In this document: in pieces, positions 12,046-23,000 of the stretch | Layout: every line of letters starts with the position of its first letter | How positions within the stretch are numbered: the stretch's first letter is position 1 | NCBI GenBank assembly: GCA_965240325.2 | Contig: OZ251241.1 | Location: 992,001 to 1,056,000 of the forward strand | DNA length: 64,000 nucleotides | Direction of reading: 5' to 3' | Source of the DNA: Rebecca billardiae RCC1528 | Lineage: Eukaryota > Protista > Haptophyta | Translations under genes and position numbers: made by a program | The notes under the pieces: model-generated | What the model was told of the DNA's origin: nothing | The model's database searches: none | What the model saw: the letters and a program-made list of their open reading frames with translations, nothing else

Positions 12046-13885
12046 ATGGCGCACCTTGTTCGCACGTGTCGGTCAATGGCTGGGTGGCGGCGGTCACGCG
12101 GCGGCGGGTTAGCTGAGTCCGTCGTCGGCTGGCGGCGGCGGGATTGACGACGACGAGTCCGACGTGCTCGATCGTTCCGGGGAGCCCGAGGCGGAGAACA
12201 CGTACGTGTCCGGCTACATGGATGCGGACGAGCATCATGATGATCCCGTCGCTCCGCCTTGCGGCTCGCATGACGAACATGCGGCGTCGAGGAGGCGAAC
12301 ATGGCGCGCGCTCAGGGTGATGCGCCAGAAAGTGGCGAGCACATGTTCGTCGACGCTGCCGAGCCTATGGTCGTTGCCGAGGACGCAGAGGAGGACGCCG
12401 ATGGTGGCCTGACTCTGCCGGCTGCAGCACTCGCGGCTGAGTAGCACTCGCGGCCGAGCAGCACTCGCGGCCGAGCCGGCGCGCGTCCCTGTGTCGCGCG
12501 AGGGCGGAACGGTGAAGCCGGACGCGAAGCAGGAGTGTGTGTACTTCTCTCTCCGCGCGATCGGCACCACGGCGCGTGCGGGAGGGAGCGCCGGTGCAGC
12601 CAGGCATCGGCTGGTCGAGCTCCATATCGTCGCCAGCATCAACACACTTCCGGGGCCAGATGAAGATGCTGAGGCCGAGCTGGAGCCGATCAAGGTGGGT
12701 GCGTGGGCGGGCAAGTTCAACACGGCGGGAGTGCCCATCGCACCTGACCCGGAGTGGCATGCGCTCACGGCCGAGGCCGTGGCGACCAAGCCGGACTTCG
12801 CATCGGAGGTGGACGGTCTGCTGGATTGGATGAAGGAGATCATCACGGACACCGGGTCTGATGGCATTCTGTGTGCGCACGGCGGCGACTCGTACGACTT
12901 CCGCCGTCTCGCGCTCGAGCTGGCCGCCGCAGAGCGGCTGCTGCCAGCGAGGGTGCAGATGTGCGCTGACCCCGCGGCGATGGCCCGTCGCTTCAAGGAG
13001 GAGGACTGGCAGGAGTGGACCAAGGGCAAGCCGGTGATGAGCCCGAGATCCATGGTCACGTTCGAGATGCAGAGCCGCTGCGAGGCAGGCTGTGGTGTGT
13101 CGGATTGGGCCGACGCAACGGCGCTTGTCATGCACGGGCCCGCAGTCGCTGCTGCCCTGCACAAGGGCAAGGTCGGTGCGCGCTGGCTTGACGAGCCGAG
13201 CCGAGCGCGCAGCCGACGGCGGCGGCGGCCGCCGCTGCGGCAGGGCAGCAGGTGGCAGCGCAGCGAGCGCCCACCGGCGTGATGCTCTGGGCGCGGCGGA
13301 GCCTGGCAACCTCGGCGCAGCGCGGGCACGAGCCAGTGACAGGTGCCTGGGTCGAGCTCGACATGGGTGAGATGCAGGACGAGCTGCAGCGCGTCGGCGC
13401 TGCGAGTGGCGAGCCCGTGCAGCCAGCGGCTCTCCGCGCGCGCGATCTGAGGCGACAGGACAAGATTGCAGCGGTGAAGAAGAAGAGGGCGCGACAGCGC
13501 GAGGACGGGAGCTGGCACGCGAGCGAGGCGGCCCCATGGCCGAGCCGCGAGCTGTGCGCGCACCTAGCCGGACACGGCTTCGTCACGCGCCGGGGCAAGC
13601 TCGTGGGCGTGGCGCTGGACGGAGTCGGCGCTCTCGGCGTTGCGCTGCTCCGCTTCATACTCACGTTGCCCATTCTGTCGACGGTGGTGGCGGCGACGAA
13701 CTGGCGGGCGACGCAGAAGGTGGTCGAGGTGCGGCGCGCGCGCGCGCGCGGCGTGCGACCACCGGCGAGGCGAGGCGTTGTTTTGATAACGCCACCTGTC
13801 TCCCGCGGCGCGATCGCGGCTGCGCGCGACTGCTGTCTCATCAGGAGAAGCAGGACGGCAAGACGGTCGTCCGCCCGGGTGATCG
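12046..13885 (+). pseudogene. Frameshifted relic: acidic N-terminus, degenerate DEDDh/DnaQ-like exonuclease and start of a piggyBac-type (DDE_Tnp_1_7-like) transposase domain
   Basis: VYFSLRAIG (ExoI position, acidic residues lost), HALTAEAVATKPDFASEV, LCAHGGDSYDFRRL (AHNG..FD-like). LLRFILTLPILSTVVAATNWRATQ at 13645-13716 resembles the piggyBac F.lFft.eil..Iv..TN.ya.q motif. The frame is broken by a 3x17-bp repeat (12426-12476) and a 5-bp gagcc duplication (13193-13202). Confidence 0.55.
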
Positions 13886-14529
13886 ACGACCGGTCGCATC
13901 AATATCAGTGCAACGCGTGTCAGTGCGCTGCATCAGAAGTAGTCACCGGCCGCTTCGTGCGCGTGGCAGCCGCCCGTCAATGCGGCATCGTCCGCTGCTC
14001 CGCCACCGCCACTGGTACACGCTGCGACGATGAGTGACGGTCTGATCGCCGACGCATTCATGACAGTGAGCAGCAGCAGCACGCAAACAATATACGGCCA
14101 AAACGCGTAAAAAGCCCCAAAATAAAACTGCTCCGACGGAATTCTCCCCTGCTTGCTTTTTCACCGGGAGCACCGCCCGGAAAAAAAAGAATCGGTCCAA
14201 AACGATGGCGTCAATGTACCAGGCGCCCCCCCCTCGACCCGCCCCTCGCGCGGCGGCTCTCACTCGCCGCGATGGACGAATCGAGCGACGCCCGGCTGGG
14301 GCTAGGCGGTCCGCTCGGGGGCACGATGTGCACCGCCGCGCATCTCGCCTCCGGCCCTCCGCAGCGTCCGCGGCGAGGCCGCAAAGTGCCTGGAACCACA
14401 TGGAACCACAGGGGGCGTACGGATAGGCGAGCACACCCGGACGTCCCCGTCCGGTGAAGCCAAACACGGGCGCCGGTTGGTCGCTTAGGTGCCGCGCGGC
14501 GCGCTCGGCCCGGTGCGCCCGGCGGCCAC

Positions 14530-16359
14530 ATGGCATTTGTCCAGAAGGCCGTGGCTCGCGCTCGGTCACTCGCCTCGGCGGCCATCGGCCCCGCCACGCT
14601 CTCTGACCTCGTGCGCGCGCTCGAGACGACGCCACGTGATGACGAGGCCATCGTGCGCGCCCTCACGCCGTTCTGCGTTCCGAGGATGGGCCGCAAGCTC
14701 GAAGAGCCCGATGCAATCGAGCGAGGCGGCTCGGTTGCAACCGTTGTGCGCATGCTGGGAGCATCACACGAAGCAAGCGTTCGAGCTGCTGCGGCGGCAG
14801 CTCTCGCGACGGTTGCATCCCAGGTCCCTGGCTGCGTGTCACAGGCTGGCGCGGTGCAGCCCCTCGTGGCCATGCTGCAGACAACCGATGCTGAAGGGAT
14901 GCACAAGGCGGCAGCTCTTGCTCTCTTCTACCTTGCTTACGATCCCCCGCTCCGCGCTCCGATCGCCGAGGCTGGCGCGATCGCACCGCTCGTCGCGCTG
15001 CTGAAGTCCAGCACAGATGCGAAGGCTTGGTGGTATGCAGCGGGTGCTCTCTTCAACCTTGCTTGCGATCCCCCGCTCCGCGCACCGATCGCAGAGGCCG
15101 ACGCGATCTCGCCGCTCGTCGCGCTGCTCACGTCCAGCACAGATGCGTACGCTCTGGGCAATGCAGCGGGTGCTCTCGGCAACCTTGCTTCCGATCCCCC
15201 GCTCCGCGCACCGATCGCCGAGGCTGGCGCGATCACACCGCTCGTCGCGCTGCTGAAGTCCAGCACCGATTCGAGGGCTCTGCGCAATGCAGCGGGTGCT
15301 CTCGGCAACCTCGCCAGGTCAGACTCGCTCTGCGCGCCGATCGTCGAGGCTGGCGCCATCCCTCCGCTCGCTTCAGCGGTGTGCTCATCCTACCGTACCA
15401 CTCGAACACAGGCACAGGGTGTGATCGACGTCCTCGCCAGCTCGGCTGCCGGCCGCGCGGCGGTGGCGAGCAACGAGCAGGCCGTGGGCGCGTTGCTGCG
15501 CCGTGCGCACCAAGACAGCGGGGACGCCTGCATGCAGGCTGCGAAGAAGCTCGTGCGTGACGACGCGTGCTGTGAGCGCGCGCTGGGCTCGGCGGGCGCG
15601 CAGTGCGCTCGGCTGGCGCAGGAAGTCGACGAGCTGCGCGCGTCGCACGAGCAGCTGCTGTCGCAGTCGGCGTTGGTGAGCGAGCCGTCCGCCGCGCGGC
15701 ACAACGTCGTGTTCCGCTGCGCGGACGGCACGCAGCTGGGCGGCAGCCGCGCGCTCCTGATCCACGGCTCGAGCTGCTTTGCGCGGCAGCTGGGCGGCGG
15801 CCTGGCCGAGGGCAGCCGGCGCGAGGTGGACGCCGACCCGGACTTCAGCTCGGCGGCGCACGAGGCGCTGCTGCGCCAGCTGCACGCGGGCGGTCGCGCC
15901 GAGCTGCCCACCGAGCCGGGTCAGGTGCTCGAGCTGCTTCGGCTGGCGTGCAAGCTGCAGCCGCCCGGCGAGGGTGCTGCTGGGAGCGCGCAAGGCACAC
16001 GGCCGTCTGGGCCAGACGCAGCCGATGCGGCCTCTGCGCGCGCTGGCGGTGACCTGCTGGGCCTCGTGGCGGGTCGGTGCGAGGAGGCGGTGCTGGGCGT
16101 GCTGGACGCGGACAACTGCCTGGACATCCTGCGGCACGCGCGCGCGGCGGGAGCTGGCTCTCGAATCAGCGAGGCAGCGCGCGGTGTGGTGAAGGCCAAC
16201 TTGGACGCGATCGTGAGCCAGGAACGTTGGAGTGCGTTCATGCGCGAGGATCTGCTCGAGGCATGCATGCTGATGCAGGCAGTGGCGGTGGACTTCGCTC
16301 ATGCGCATCCACCAGAGGAGCGCGGCGACAGCACGAGCAAGCGGCAGCGCACGTCGTAA
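14530..16359 (+). CDS. Armadillo-repeat + BTB/POZ + BACK-like protein, copy 1 (intronless)
   Basis: Five 42-aa ARM repeats (AGAIxPLVALLKSSTD...AAGALxNLA) starting 14845, 14971, 15097, 15223, 15349. BTB-like HNVVFRCADG...SSCFARQLGGGLAEGSRREV...ALLRQLHAG, BACK-like CEEAVLGVLDADNCLDIL, C-terminal SKRQRT (NLS-like). Confidence 0.88.
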   Translation: MAFVQKAVARARSLASAAIGPATLSDLVRALETTPRDDEAIVRALTPFCVPRMGRKLEEPDAIERGGSVATVVRMLGASHEASVRAAAAAALATVASQVPGCVSQAGAVQPLVAMLQTTDAEGMHKAAALALFYLAYDPPLRAPIAEAGAIAPLVALLKSSTDAKAWWYAAGALFNLACDPPLRAPIAEADAISPLVALLTSSTDAYALGNAAGALGNLASDPPLRAPIAEAGAITPLVALLKSSTDSRALRNAAGALGNLARSDSLCAPIVEAGAIPPLASAVCSSYRTTRTQAQGVIDVLASSAAGRAAVASNEQAVGALLRRAHQDSGDACMQAAKKLVRDDACCERALGSAGAQCARLAQEVDELRASHEQLLSQSALVSEPSAARHNVVFRCADGTQLGGSRALLIHGSSCFARQLGGGLAEGSRREVDADPDFSSAAHEALLRQLHAGGRAELPTEPGQVLELLRLACKLQPPGEGAAGSAQGTRPSGPDAADAASARAGGDLLGLVAGRCEEAVLGVLDADNCLDILRHARAAGAGSRISEAARGVVKANLDAIVSQERWSAFMREDLLEACMLMQAVAVDFAHAHPPEERGDSTSKRQRTS

Positions 16360-17148
16360 GCATCAGAGCGCAGCATCACTGGCGGCGGCGCGGAGCCTCA
16401 TCTGTCATCAGTCAGATCGATGATGTGCGACGATTCTGATTTTAGGTGCGCACTCGTACTATCTTGATGATTCATCTCGTCGCATGATGAGGCTTCCGAT
16501 GCGACGACAATAAATATTGATCGATTATAATATATACGCGTTTCACTGAGGACGATGACCGCGTCGTCGAACGATCACGAGGACGAGGCGGCGTGATGAT
16601 CGTCAGAACGGGCGGTGCCCGGCCCTGGGCGTGCTGACAGTACACCTGACGCAGAGTCGAGAGTGCTCCGCCACCATCAGGCACATCCTGGAGAAAGTTG
16701 TTCACCTAGCTTGGTGCCCACTGCCGCCACACTCCCGTTGTGAACGTCGTCAGTTCCTGTCATCGACCCAGTGCTTCGGCCTTTCGGCTTGTAGCTGCTT
16801 CGGACCTTGATTCGGCTCGGGCACTGACCACCTGCGCGCGGTCCCGGCGGCTGCATCAGCTACTCACTGTCTAGGTAGTGGCATACTGCCAGCGGAAGGG
16901 CTGGGCGGCGAAGGCTTCGCCATGCATCGGTCAGAGAGACGGGCTGCCGTCCTAGAACTCAAGTCCGCCATCGCGCTGCTTCCGTGGAGCGACCGTTCAC
17001 CCATCCGGGCCGGGGAGGGGGTTCCGCCGCCGCCAGGCGACAACGACGACGGTTGGCTGTGCGCCCCATCGTCAGCCCCTCGATCATCGTCGATCGAGAG
17101 CGCTTGTCGTTCGAGCGGCGACGAGCGGCTGCCCACTGCGGCGTCCAC

Positions 17149-18987
17149 ATGACGTGTGTCCAGAAGGCCGTGGTTCGCGCTAGGTCACTCGCCTCGGCGG
17201 CCATCGGCCCCGCCACGCTCTCTGACCTCGTGCGCGCGCTCGAGGCGACGCCACGTGATGACGAGGCCATCGTGAGCGCGCTCACGCCATTCTGCGTTAT
17301 GCCAGGCAGCACAATCGAAGGGCCCGATGCAATCGAGCGAGGCGGCTCGGTCACAACCCTCGCGCGCATGCTGGGAGCATCACGCGAAGCAAGCGTTCGG
17401 GCAGCTGCGGCAGCAGCTCTTGCGATGATTGCGTCCCATATCCCAGGCTGCGTGTCACAGGCTGGCGCGGTGCAGCCCCTCGTGGCCATGCTTCAGACAA
17501 CCGATGCTGAAGGGACGCACACGGAAGCGGTGCGTGCTCTCTACAGCCTTGCTCGCGACCGCTCGCTCCGCGCACCGATCGCCGACGCTGGTGCGATCGC
17601 ACCGCTCGTCGCGCTGCTAAAGTCCAGCACCGATTCGAGGGCTCTGCGCAATGCAGCGAGTGCTCTCTTCAACCTTGCTTGTGATCCCCCGCTCCGCGCA
17701 CCGATCGCCGAGGCTGGCGCGATCACACCGCTCGTCGCGCTGCTCAAGTCCAGCACCGATGCGCGGGCTCTGGGCCATGCAGCGGGTGCTCTCTGCAACC
17801 TTGCTTGCGATCCTTCGCTCCGCGCACCGATCGCCGAGGCTGGCGCGATCGCGCCGCTTGTCGCGCTGCTCGAGTCCAGCACCGATGCGTACACTCTGGG
17901 CAATGCAGCGGGTGCTCTCGCCAACCTCGCCCAGTCAGACTCGCTCCGCGCGCCAATCGTCGAGGCTGGCGCCATCCCTCCGCTCGCTTCAGCGGTGTGC
18001 TCACCCGACCCTACCACTCGAACACGGGCACAGCGTGCGATCGATGCCCTCACCAGCTCGGCCGCCGGCCGCGCGGCGGTGGCGAGCAACGAGCAGGCCG
18101 TGGGCGCGCTGCTGCGTCGTGCGCACCACGACGCCGGCGCGGCGGGCGGGGACGCCTGCATGCAGGCTGCGAAGAAGCTCGTGCGTGACGACGCGTGCTG
18201 TGAGCGCGCGCTGCGCTCGGCGGGCGCGCAGTGCGCCCGGCTGGCGCAGGAGGTGGACGAGCTGCGCGCGTCGCACGAGCAGCTGCTGTCGCAGTCGGCG
18301 TTGGTGAGCGAGCCGTCCGCCGCGCGGCACAACGTCGTGTTCCGCTGCGCGGACGGCACGCAGCTGGGCGGCAGCCGCGCGCTCCTGATCCACGGCTCGA
18401 GCTACTTTGCGCGGCAGCTGGGCGGCGGCCTGGCCGAGGGCAGCCGGCGCGAGGTCGACGCCGACCCTGACTTCAGCTCGGCGGCGCACGAGGCGCTGCT
18501 GCGCCAGCTGCACGCGGGCGGTCGCGCCGAGCTGCCCACCGAGCCGGGTCAGGTGCTCGAGCTGCTTCGGCTGGCGTGCAAGCTGCAGCCGCCCGGCGAG
18601 GGTGCTGCTGGGAGCGCGCAAGGCGCACTGCTTTCTGGGCCAGACGCAGCCGAGGCGGCCTCTGCGCGCGCTGGCGGTGACCTGCTGGGCCTCGTGGCGG
18701 GTCGGTGCGAGGAGGCGGTGCTGGGCGTGCTGGACGCGGACAACTGCCTGGACATCCTGCGGCACGCGCGCGCGGCGGGAGCGGGCTCTCGGATCAGCGA
18801 GGCAGCGCGCGGTGTGGTGAAGGCCAACTTCGAGGCGATTGTGAGCCAGGAACGTTGGAGTGCGTTCATGCGCGAAGATTCGCTCGAGGCGTGCATGCTC
18901 ATGCAAGCTGTGGCCGCGGATTTCGCTCGTGCTCAGTTGTCAGAGCAGCAGCGTGGCGACAGCACGAGCAAGCGGCAGCGCACGTAG
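17149..18987 (+). CDS. Armadillo-repeat + BTB/POZ + BACK-like protein, copy 2 (intronless tandem paralog)
   Basis: Collinear with 14530-16359. ARM repeats start 17461, 17587, 17713, 17839, 17965. BTB/BACK region nearly identical to copy 1. ATG at 17149 aligns with the copy 1 start. Confidence 0.88.
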   Translation: MTCVQKAVVRARSLASAAIGPATLSDLVRALEATPRDDEAIVSALTPFCVMPGSTIEGPDAIERGGSVTTLARMLGASREASVRAAAAAALAMIASHIPGCVSQAGAVQPLVAMLQTTDAEGTHTEAVRALYSLARDRSLRAPIADAGAIAPLVALLKSSTDSRALRNAASALFNLACDPPLRAPIAEAGAITPLVALLKSSTDARALGHAAGALCNLACDPSLRAPIAEAGAIAPLVALLESSTDAYTLGNAAGALANLAQSDSLRAPIVEAGAIPPLASAVCSPDPTTRTRAQRAIDALTSSAAGRAAVASNEQAVGALLRRAHHDAGAAGGDACMQAAKKLVRDDACCERALRSAGAQCARLAQEVDELRASHEQLLSQSALVSEPSAARHNVVFRCADGTQLGGSRALLIHGSSYFARQLGGGLAEGSRREVDADPDFSSAAHEALLRQLHAGGRAELPTEPGQVLELLRLACKLQPPGEGAAGSAQGALLSGPDAAEAASARAGGDLLGLVAGRCEEAVLGVLDADNCLDILRHARAAGAGSRISEAARGVVKANFEAIVSQERWSAFMREDSLEACMLMQAVAADFARAQLSEQQRGDSTSKRQRT

Positions 18988-19031
18988 TCACGTCGCAGTA
19001 GTACCGTGTAGCCCGGTGTAGCAGTAGCCGT

Positions 19032-19140
19032 TATCACGGCATCAGAGCGCCCAGCATACTGAAATAAATTATATAAGTCGTATATATATATATATCACGG
19101 CATCAGAGCGCCCAGCATACTGAAATAAATTATATAAGTC

Positions 19141-19211
<71 letters not shown>
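19032..19211. repeat. Two-copy ~61-bp tandem repeat followed by a (TA)n microsatellite (about 19142-19211)
   Basis: tatcacggcatcagagcgcccagcatactgaaataaattatataagtcgtatatata occurs twice, then about 35 TA units. Confidence 0.95.
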
Positions 19212-19212
<1 letters not shown>

Positions 19213-19334
19213 CACTAGCAGTACGACTATATATCCTGCTGCTCGGATCATCGATGAGTACGTCATAGGTAACGTAGGAGGCAGATGACGGCGGACGAAG
19301 TGCGCGCATGCGCACTGCTAACTCTGATGACGAG

Positions 19335-19976
19335 CTACACGGACGATGAGCCGCCGCCCATCCAGCCAAACAGCCCGCCACCTCTCCGCGCGGGCGGCTG
19401 CTCCGCCTGCTGGGCCCGTGGCGCCTCGGGAGGCGTCTGCGGCGGTGCAGACGGCGGCTGGCTTCGCCCTGGCACGGGTCGTGACGCGCCCGGCTCCGAG
19501 GGCCTGCTCGTCCTCGAAGCTCGGTCCGGCGGCGACTTGGGCGGCGGTGGACCTTGCGGTGCTGTCCGGTGCCGTGGCTCGCTTTCCCGCGCGGGCCGGG
19601 CTCCAGGCACGCTCAAGAGCCCACTCGGCCTTGCCGATCGGGCGGCCGTCGACTCAGCAGGCTGCGGCGACGAGCACGGCTTGCTTTGCCGGACCGGCCG
19701 CCGCGTGCCCGCGGGCTGTGCACCGGCCTGCGGCGCTAGCGGCGCACCCAAGGCGAGCGGGGACATTGCACTCGTCGCGTCCGCAGCCAGCGGGGGCCGC
19801 AGCGGGCTGGAGCGGACTGCGGGCGACCGAGCCTGGGGCGGTGTCGCGGAGGCGCGCGCCGAGCGTAATCGGGGCGGCGTCGACGCGGAAGAGCGCGCGG
19901 TCAGGGGCGACCTGGGCGGTGGCGACGAGTTCGACGGCGGGCCCGAAGCCTGCTGCACCGCAACCACCCCCGTCAT
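19335..19976 (-). CDS. Hypothetical Pro/Ser-rich disordered protein
   Basis: Open frame from ATG 19976 (MTGVVAVQQ) ending GGGLFGWMGGGSSSV; no recognisable domain. Confidence 0.4.
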   Translation of the reverse strand: MTGVVAVQQASGPPSNSSPPPRSPLTARSSASTPPRLRSARASATPPQARSPAVRSSPLRPPLAADATSAMSPLALGAPLAPQAGAQPAGTRRPVRQSKPCSSPQPAESTAARSARPSGLLSVPGARPARESEPRHRTAPQGPPPPKSPPDRASRTSRPSEPGASRPVPGRSQPPSAPPQTPPEAPRAQQAEQPPARRGGGLFGWMGGGSSSV

Positions 19977-20084
19977 TGGCAAGCCGCCTCGCACGGGCAC
20001 GGCTCGGCTGCTGTCGACAATAAGAAGACGACTGCTCCCGTTTGTCAATTGTCATCGATGATGCCTCCGGCTCCGCCGCCACCG

Positions 20085-23000
20085 TCATCGTCGCCGGCAC
20101 AACTCCGAGGGCGACGACAGCGACGATGACGACGACGCTGATGAGTCGTCTTGAGCGGCGCCCTCGTCGACGTCGAAGAGTGCAGGAAGCGCCGAGATCG
20201 GCCAGACCAGCGCTCGTGCTTCAGTCCGGACGGCCGCGTGCGCGCGCATGCCGGGCGCCGCTGGCGACTCGCGCTCAAAGCTCACCGCGGTGTACGCGAC
20301 GACGACGTAGTCGAGGCGCGGAGAGAGCGCGAGGGCGCTGCCGAGCGCGTACGGCGCTTGCAGCGGCAGTGGCGCGGACACGGCGCGCACCCGGTGTGGC
20401 GCGGTGGCGCCGAAGGCATAGAGCCGGTGTTGGCGCGCGCACACGCGCGTGCCTGCCACCACACGCGGCGGCGGGTGCGCAGGCCCGAGCGGCTGGCACG
20501 GTCCGCACAGCAGCCCGATCCTCAGAGCGCGCTGCCGCAGCGCGCGCAGCGTGCCGCCGCACACGGACGACTCCGCGATGGCCACCGACGGTGCGCACAT
20601 GCGCCAGCCAGCAAGCGTGCCGGTTGCTCCGCCCTCGTCCGAGCTTTCGCGCTCGCCCGTGTCGTCGGGGCCGCGTGCGGCCGTGAGCGTGGCCAGAGCG
20701 GGCGAGCGCTCACCTCCGGTCGCGCCAACGAGCTCGAGTGGAGCGGCTGCTCGATCGTCCTGGCTGTCGCGCGGGCAGGCGGTGGCCGCGCACGCTCGCG
20801 CGCGCGGCGTGCGCACGCTCAGCACGTGCTGGCGTGCTTCCACGCCGAGCCTGACAAAGCGCAACTGGTCGCGAGCGTGCCCGCTGCCGCACCGTCCCGC
20901 GCGCGCGTCCGCCTCCGTGCACGCAAATGGCTGCCAGCTGGGCGCGCTCGCCCTCGCGAGGGCGGCGGGCGCAGAGCCCGGCGCCGGAGGGAGCGACCGC
21001 GCCACCTCGTCGCACGCGGAGACTGTGACGCCGAGCGGGCCGCCGGGCGCCCACGGCTGCATGCACAGCTGCACCAGCCGAGGGTGCGCGTGCCGCGCGG
21101 GCTGCGCGCCGTCGCCGCCCGCGCACGCGGCCGCGGCCCCGTCGGCGGCGCAGTCGCACGCTCCGATCCACGCGTGCAGCATAGCACGCTGCGACGGCGG
21201 CTGCGCCCAGGGCGGCTCCGGCGGTGCCAGCGCGGGCTGCTGCCTCGGAGCTGCATCCTGGGCAGCCGCCCGGGCCGCGGCCGAATCGGCGGGCTGCCCC
21301 TCCTCCAGATCGGGGGATGGCTGATCTGCAGATGGCTGATCTGGAGATTGCATCTCGATGACGGCGGGCGCGGGCTCCGGTGCCAGTGGCCGCTGGGGCG
21401 AGCCACCGCCGTCGTCCGGCACGACGGCGCGGGGCGGGGCCCGCGCGCGGTGCCGGCTGAGACCGCCGCGCGCGACCGCCGTCGGCCGAGGCACGATCGG
21501 CTCCGGCGGCGGCCGGCGGCGCAGCTCGCGCCGACGAGGCCGACCCTGGCCGGAGCGCTCGGCGCTGTCGCCCGCCGCGCCGCGCGCCGTCGACGGCATC
21601 GGCGCGCCCAGCTGAACCAGCTGGAGGGCGCCATCGTCGCCTGACGCCGCTCGGAGCAGCGCGCGCCACGCGAGCGGCGCGGCGGCGTCTGCGACGCCCG
21701 AGAGCGCCGGATCCCCCTCCTCCTCCTCCTCCGCTGCGGACGACGCAGCTGCCCTCGACTCCTCACCCAGGGTTGTACCCGTGTCCTCACCCAGATTTGT
21801 TCCACTGTCGCGGCCTCCGCGACCGTCTCGCGCTGGCGGCGCGCCGGCGCACGCGAGCCCAAAGGAGCCGGCGGTGCAGCATGGCTGCCACGCTGCCTCC
21901 TCCTCCTCTGCGCTGCGATTGCCGCTGGCCGACCCGCCAAGGGTCAGCGCGCCTGTGCCCGCGGCTCCGGCTGCCGCCGCGCGGCCGTTGTTGCCGCGCC
22001 GCAGCGGCGCCATTCGGACCGCGCTCGTCAGCTCGTGCGCTGCCAACCGCCCGACCACCCAGCGCGGCAACCCGAGCCCGTCGGGAGCGGCAGCCGCGGC
22101 GTCGGCCGGTGCGCACAGGGCACTCAGTAGCCAGCCGCCCTCCGCCCACACCAGGCTCGGCGCGGCACACGCCGGCGCACCACCGAGCGCCGGCGCCGAC
22201 GCTGCGCCTGCGAGCGCGGCGCGCGGCGCCAGCCTCACGTCTGCCGCGTCGGGCGCGGCGGCGGCGGCGGCGGTGTGCGCGGCGGCGGCAATCGGCGTCC
22301 GCAGAAGCACCACGCGCCCGAGGGCTGCGCGCTCGGGCCGCTCGAGCCCGGGGGCTCCCTCCGACACGGCCGAGTGCCGTGCGCACGGCACAGTGGCAGG
22401 CAGCGCAAGCGCACACAGCAGCAGCAGCACGGCGAGCGGCGCGCGCGCGCCCGCGCGCGCCCACGCCGCGCGCAGCGGCTCTTGCACGGCGGTGACGCCG
22501 AGCGCCGCCGCGGCACAGAGCACCGCACCGGCGTGCACGTCGAAGCGCGCCCAGACCGCGCCCACCGCCGGCTGCAGCAGCAGCTGCAGTAGCCACAGCC
22601 GCCCCAGCGCCGTCAGACGAGCGGGCGCGGCGGCGCCGAGCGCGCGCAGGCACGGATCCGACCCGTGGGCCGCGCCGACGAGCGCGACGCCCGCGAGCGG
22701 CGACAGCGCGCCGAAGCGGACAGCGAGCACGCGCACCCGCGACTGCGGCGGTGGCACGGCGCAGACAAGTGCGCACAGCGCCGCGCACGCCGCGCTCGGC
22801 CCGTAGCAAAGCACGCTGGACAACGCCGCTGGCGGCATCGGGCAGAGCGCGCGCCGGCTGTCCACGCCGACGCTCAGGCGGCGGCCGCCCTGGCCAACCA
22901 GAGCGGCCGCCGCCGCGCCCAGCAAGAACTGCGCGGCGTACGCCGCGCAGTGAGCCCACACGACGGCCGCGTAGCCCCAGCTGCCGTCGACTGCGTCGAT

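Noticed and set aside
13886-14037. Cys-rich stretch (CNACQC...CGIVRC...C) as a piggyBac C-terminal cysteine-rich domain
   Set aside because: It is out of frame with the likely spliced product, the DDD core is missing, the spacing is unconvincing and the texture looks like spacer DNA.
14845-18060. Regularly spaced conserved/variable repeats resembling a CRISPR array
   Set aside because: They are in-frame 126-bp coding ARM repeats in a eukaryotic gene, and no cas genes are present.
19069-19381. ORFs encoding YIYIYI
   Set aside because: They are translations of the (TA)n microsatellite.
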